A stretch of 64,000 nt of DNA from an uncultured Pelagibacteraceae bacterium (lineage in GTDB: Bacteria > Pseudomonadota > Alphaproteobacteria > Pelagibacterales > Pelagibacteraceae). The stretch spans positions 130,649 to 194,648 of the forward strand of contig CABZOF010000003.1 in NCBI GenBank assembly GCA_902527215.1, in the 5' to 3' direction. The notes under the pieces were generated by a model that worked only from the letters and a program-made list of their open reading frames with translations, did no database searches and was not told the DNA's origin. Of this stretch, positions 63,132-64,000 are shown one piece after another; within the stretch, counting starts at the first letter, position 1; each line of letters opens with the position of its first letter. The translations under genes were made by a program, and so were the position numbers.

Positions 63132-63160
63132 AGTATAGTAATTTAAATTAAATTTGTAAA
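63132..63160 (-). promoter_or_regulatory. Internal sigma70 promoter for dctQM (predicted leaderless)
   Basis: Minus strand TTTACA-N17-TATACT-TGTTAA-ATG; canonical spacing puts +1 on the A of the dctQ ATG. Confidence 0.6.
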
Positions 63161-63193
63161 AAAAACGGGGATTTTTTAAACAATCCCCGTTTT
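63158..63193 (-). terminator. Intrinsic terminator between dctP and dctQ
   Basis: Minus strand AAAACGGGGATT-GTTTAAAA-AATCCCCGTTTT, with a T8 tract after the GC stem. Confidence 0.88.
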
Positions 63194-63204
63194 AATATTT
63201 TTAA

Positions 63205-64000
63205 CTACTGTTGTGATGCGAATGCAGTTCCAATTGATGCATCAGATGTTTCCATTTGTGCAATAAAAGGTACTACAATTTTTGCATGTGCAGTCATGTG
63301 CTCATAAACTTCTTTAAAGAAAGCATTTGATGCAGCATTCTTTTTAAGAGTTGCTTGAGCAGCGTTCATGTACTCAGTGAAATAATCAGCTGGTGTATCC
63401 CAAAGTTTTACACCGTGATTTTCAGTAAGATCGATTAACGCTTTACCATTTTCTACAGCTCTATTAGTGATGTTTCTAGTGATCATCGCTTCAGACGCAA
63501 CTTCCATTGCATATTTTTGATGGTCAGTTAAAGAATTGTAAACATCTCCATTAATATATATATCACCATTTACTACGTTTTGGTGTAATCCTTGTAGATA
63601 GTAGTTTTTAAGAACTTTTTGAAAACCAAAAACTGAGTCTGGTTTTGGACAACACCATTCAGCAGCATCAATAGTTCCTTTTTCAAGTGCTGGTAAAATA
63701 TCACCACCTGATAAAGATACTGATGCAATTCCGATATCTTTGTATGTTTGTCCTGGAATTCCTGGAGGAGTTCTGAATCTGTATTTTCTGAAATCATCCA
63801 TGTTTTTGATTGGCTCTTTAAACCAACCTAATGCTTCAGGTCCTGATGATGCCATCACGAAACCTTTAACATTCATTCCCATTTCGCTCCATAATTGGTC
63901 ATATAATTCTTTACCACCATTATCGAAATACCAAGCTAACCAAGATTTAGTGCTTAAACCAATTCCTCCACCAGCAACTGGCGATCCAAATAACATCGCA
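63205..64000 (-). CDS. dctP: TRAP substrate-binding protein (DctP, keto-acid/lactate-binding subfamily), 3' part; reading frame continues past the right edge
   Basis: GWFKEPI, conserved Arg in FRTPPG, GGDILPALEKGTIDAAEW, YYLQGLHQ; no in-frame stop before 64000. Confidence 0.92.
   Translation of the reverse strand, partial: AMLFGSPVAGGGIGLSTKSWLAWYFDNGGKELYDQLWSEMGMNVKGFVMASSGPEALGWFKEPIKNMDDFRKYRFRTPPGIPGQTYKDIGIASVSLSGGDILPALEKGTIDAAEWCCPKPDSVFGFQKVLKNYYLQGLHQNVVNGDIYINGDVYNSLTDHQKYAMEVASEAMITRNITNRAVENGKALIDLTENHGVKLWDTPADYFTEYMNAAQATLKKNAASNAFFKEVYEHMTAHAKIVVPFIAQMETSDASIGTAFASQQ

Noticed and set aside
1-64000. CRISPR array, IS element, defence system or riboswitch
   Set aside because: No periodic repeats, transposase or nuclease motifs seen; intergenic gaps are too short (maximum about 125 nt once small ORFs and tRNAs are counted) and are explained by the elements listed.

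Overview
Very AT-rich, densely packed alphaproteobacterial chromosome segment. Gene content, gene order and near-zero intergenic space point to Pelagibacterales (SAR11); this is inferred, not database-confirmed. About 54 kb is core genome: lipA (partial), ftsB, eno, kdsA, pyrG, secG, tpiA, ppiD-trpEGDC, lexA-gltX, the rpsB-tsf-frr-uppS-cdsA-dxr-bamA-skp-lpxD-fabZ-lpxA-lpxI-lpxB run, dnaE, lolCD, proS, rnj, coaX, birA, the complete nuoA-N operon, tRNA-Asp/Val/Leu and tig-clpP-clpX-lon. The last ~10 kb is a metabolic/accessory patch: DUF1289, two unannotated small membrane proteins, a beta-hydroxyacid dehydrogenase, a family-5 uracil-DNA glycosylase, YbgC, DUF3047, a Zn-dependent dehydrogenase, an NCS1 permease, an EamA transporter and a TRAP system. 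I saw no mobile element, prophage or CRISPR array. The best leads are (1) a pyrG promoter whose start region (T6-C7-C8-A9, with A9 the A of the start codon) mirrors the E. coli pyrC CTP-sensing start-site switch in a leaderless form; (2) a terminator whose U-tract doubles as the -35 of a promoter predicted to make a leaderless dctQM mRNA; (3) a candidate DHPS/sulfonate catabolic neighbourhood containing an atypical NCS1 permease; (4) absence of pyrH from its canonical locus. All four are hypotheses needing the checks listed.
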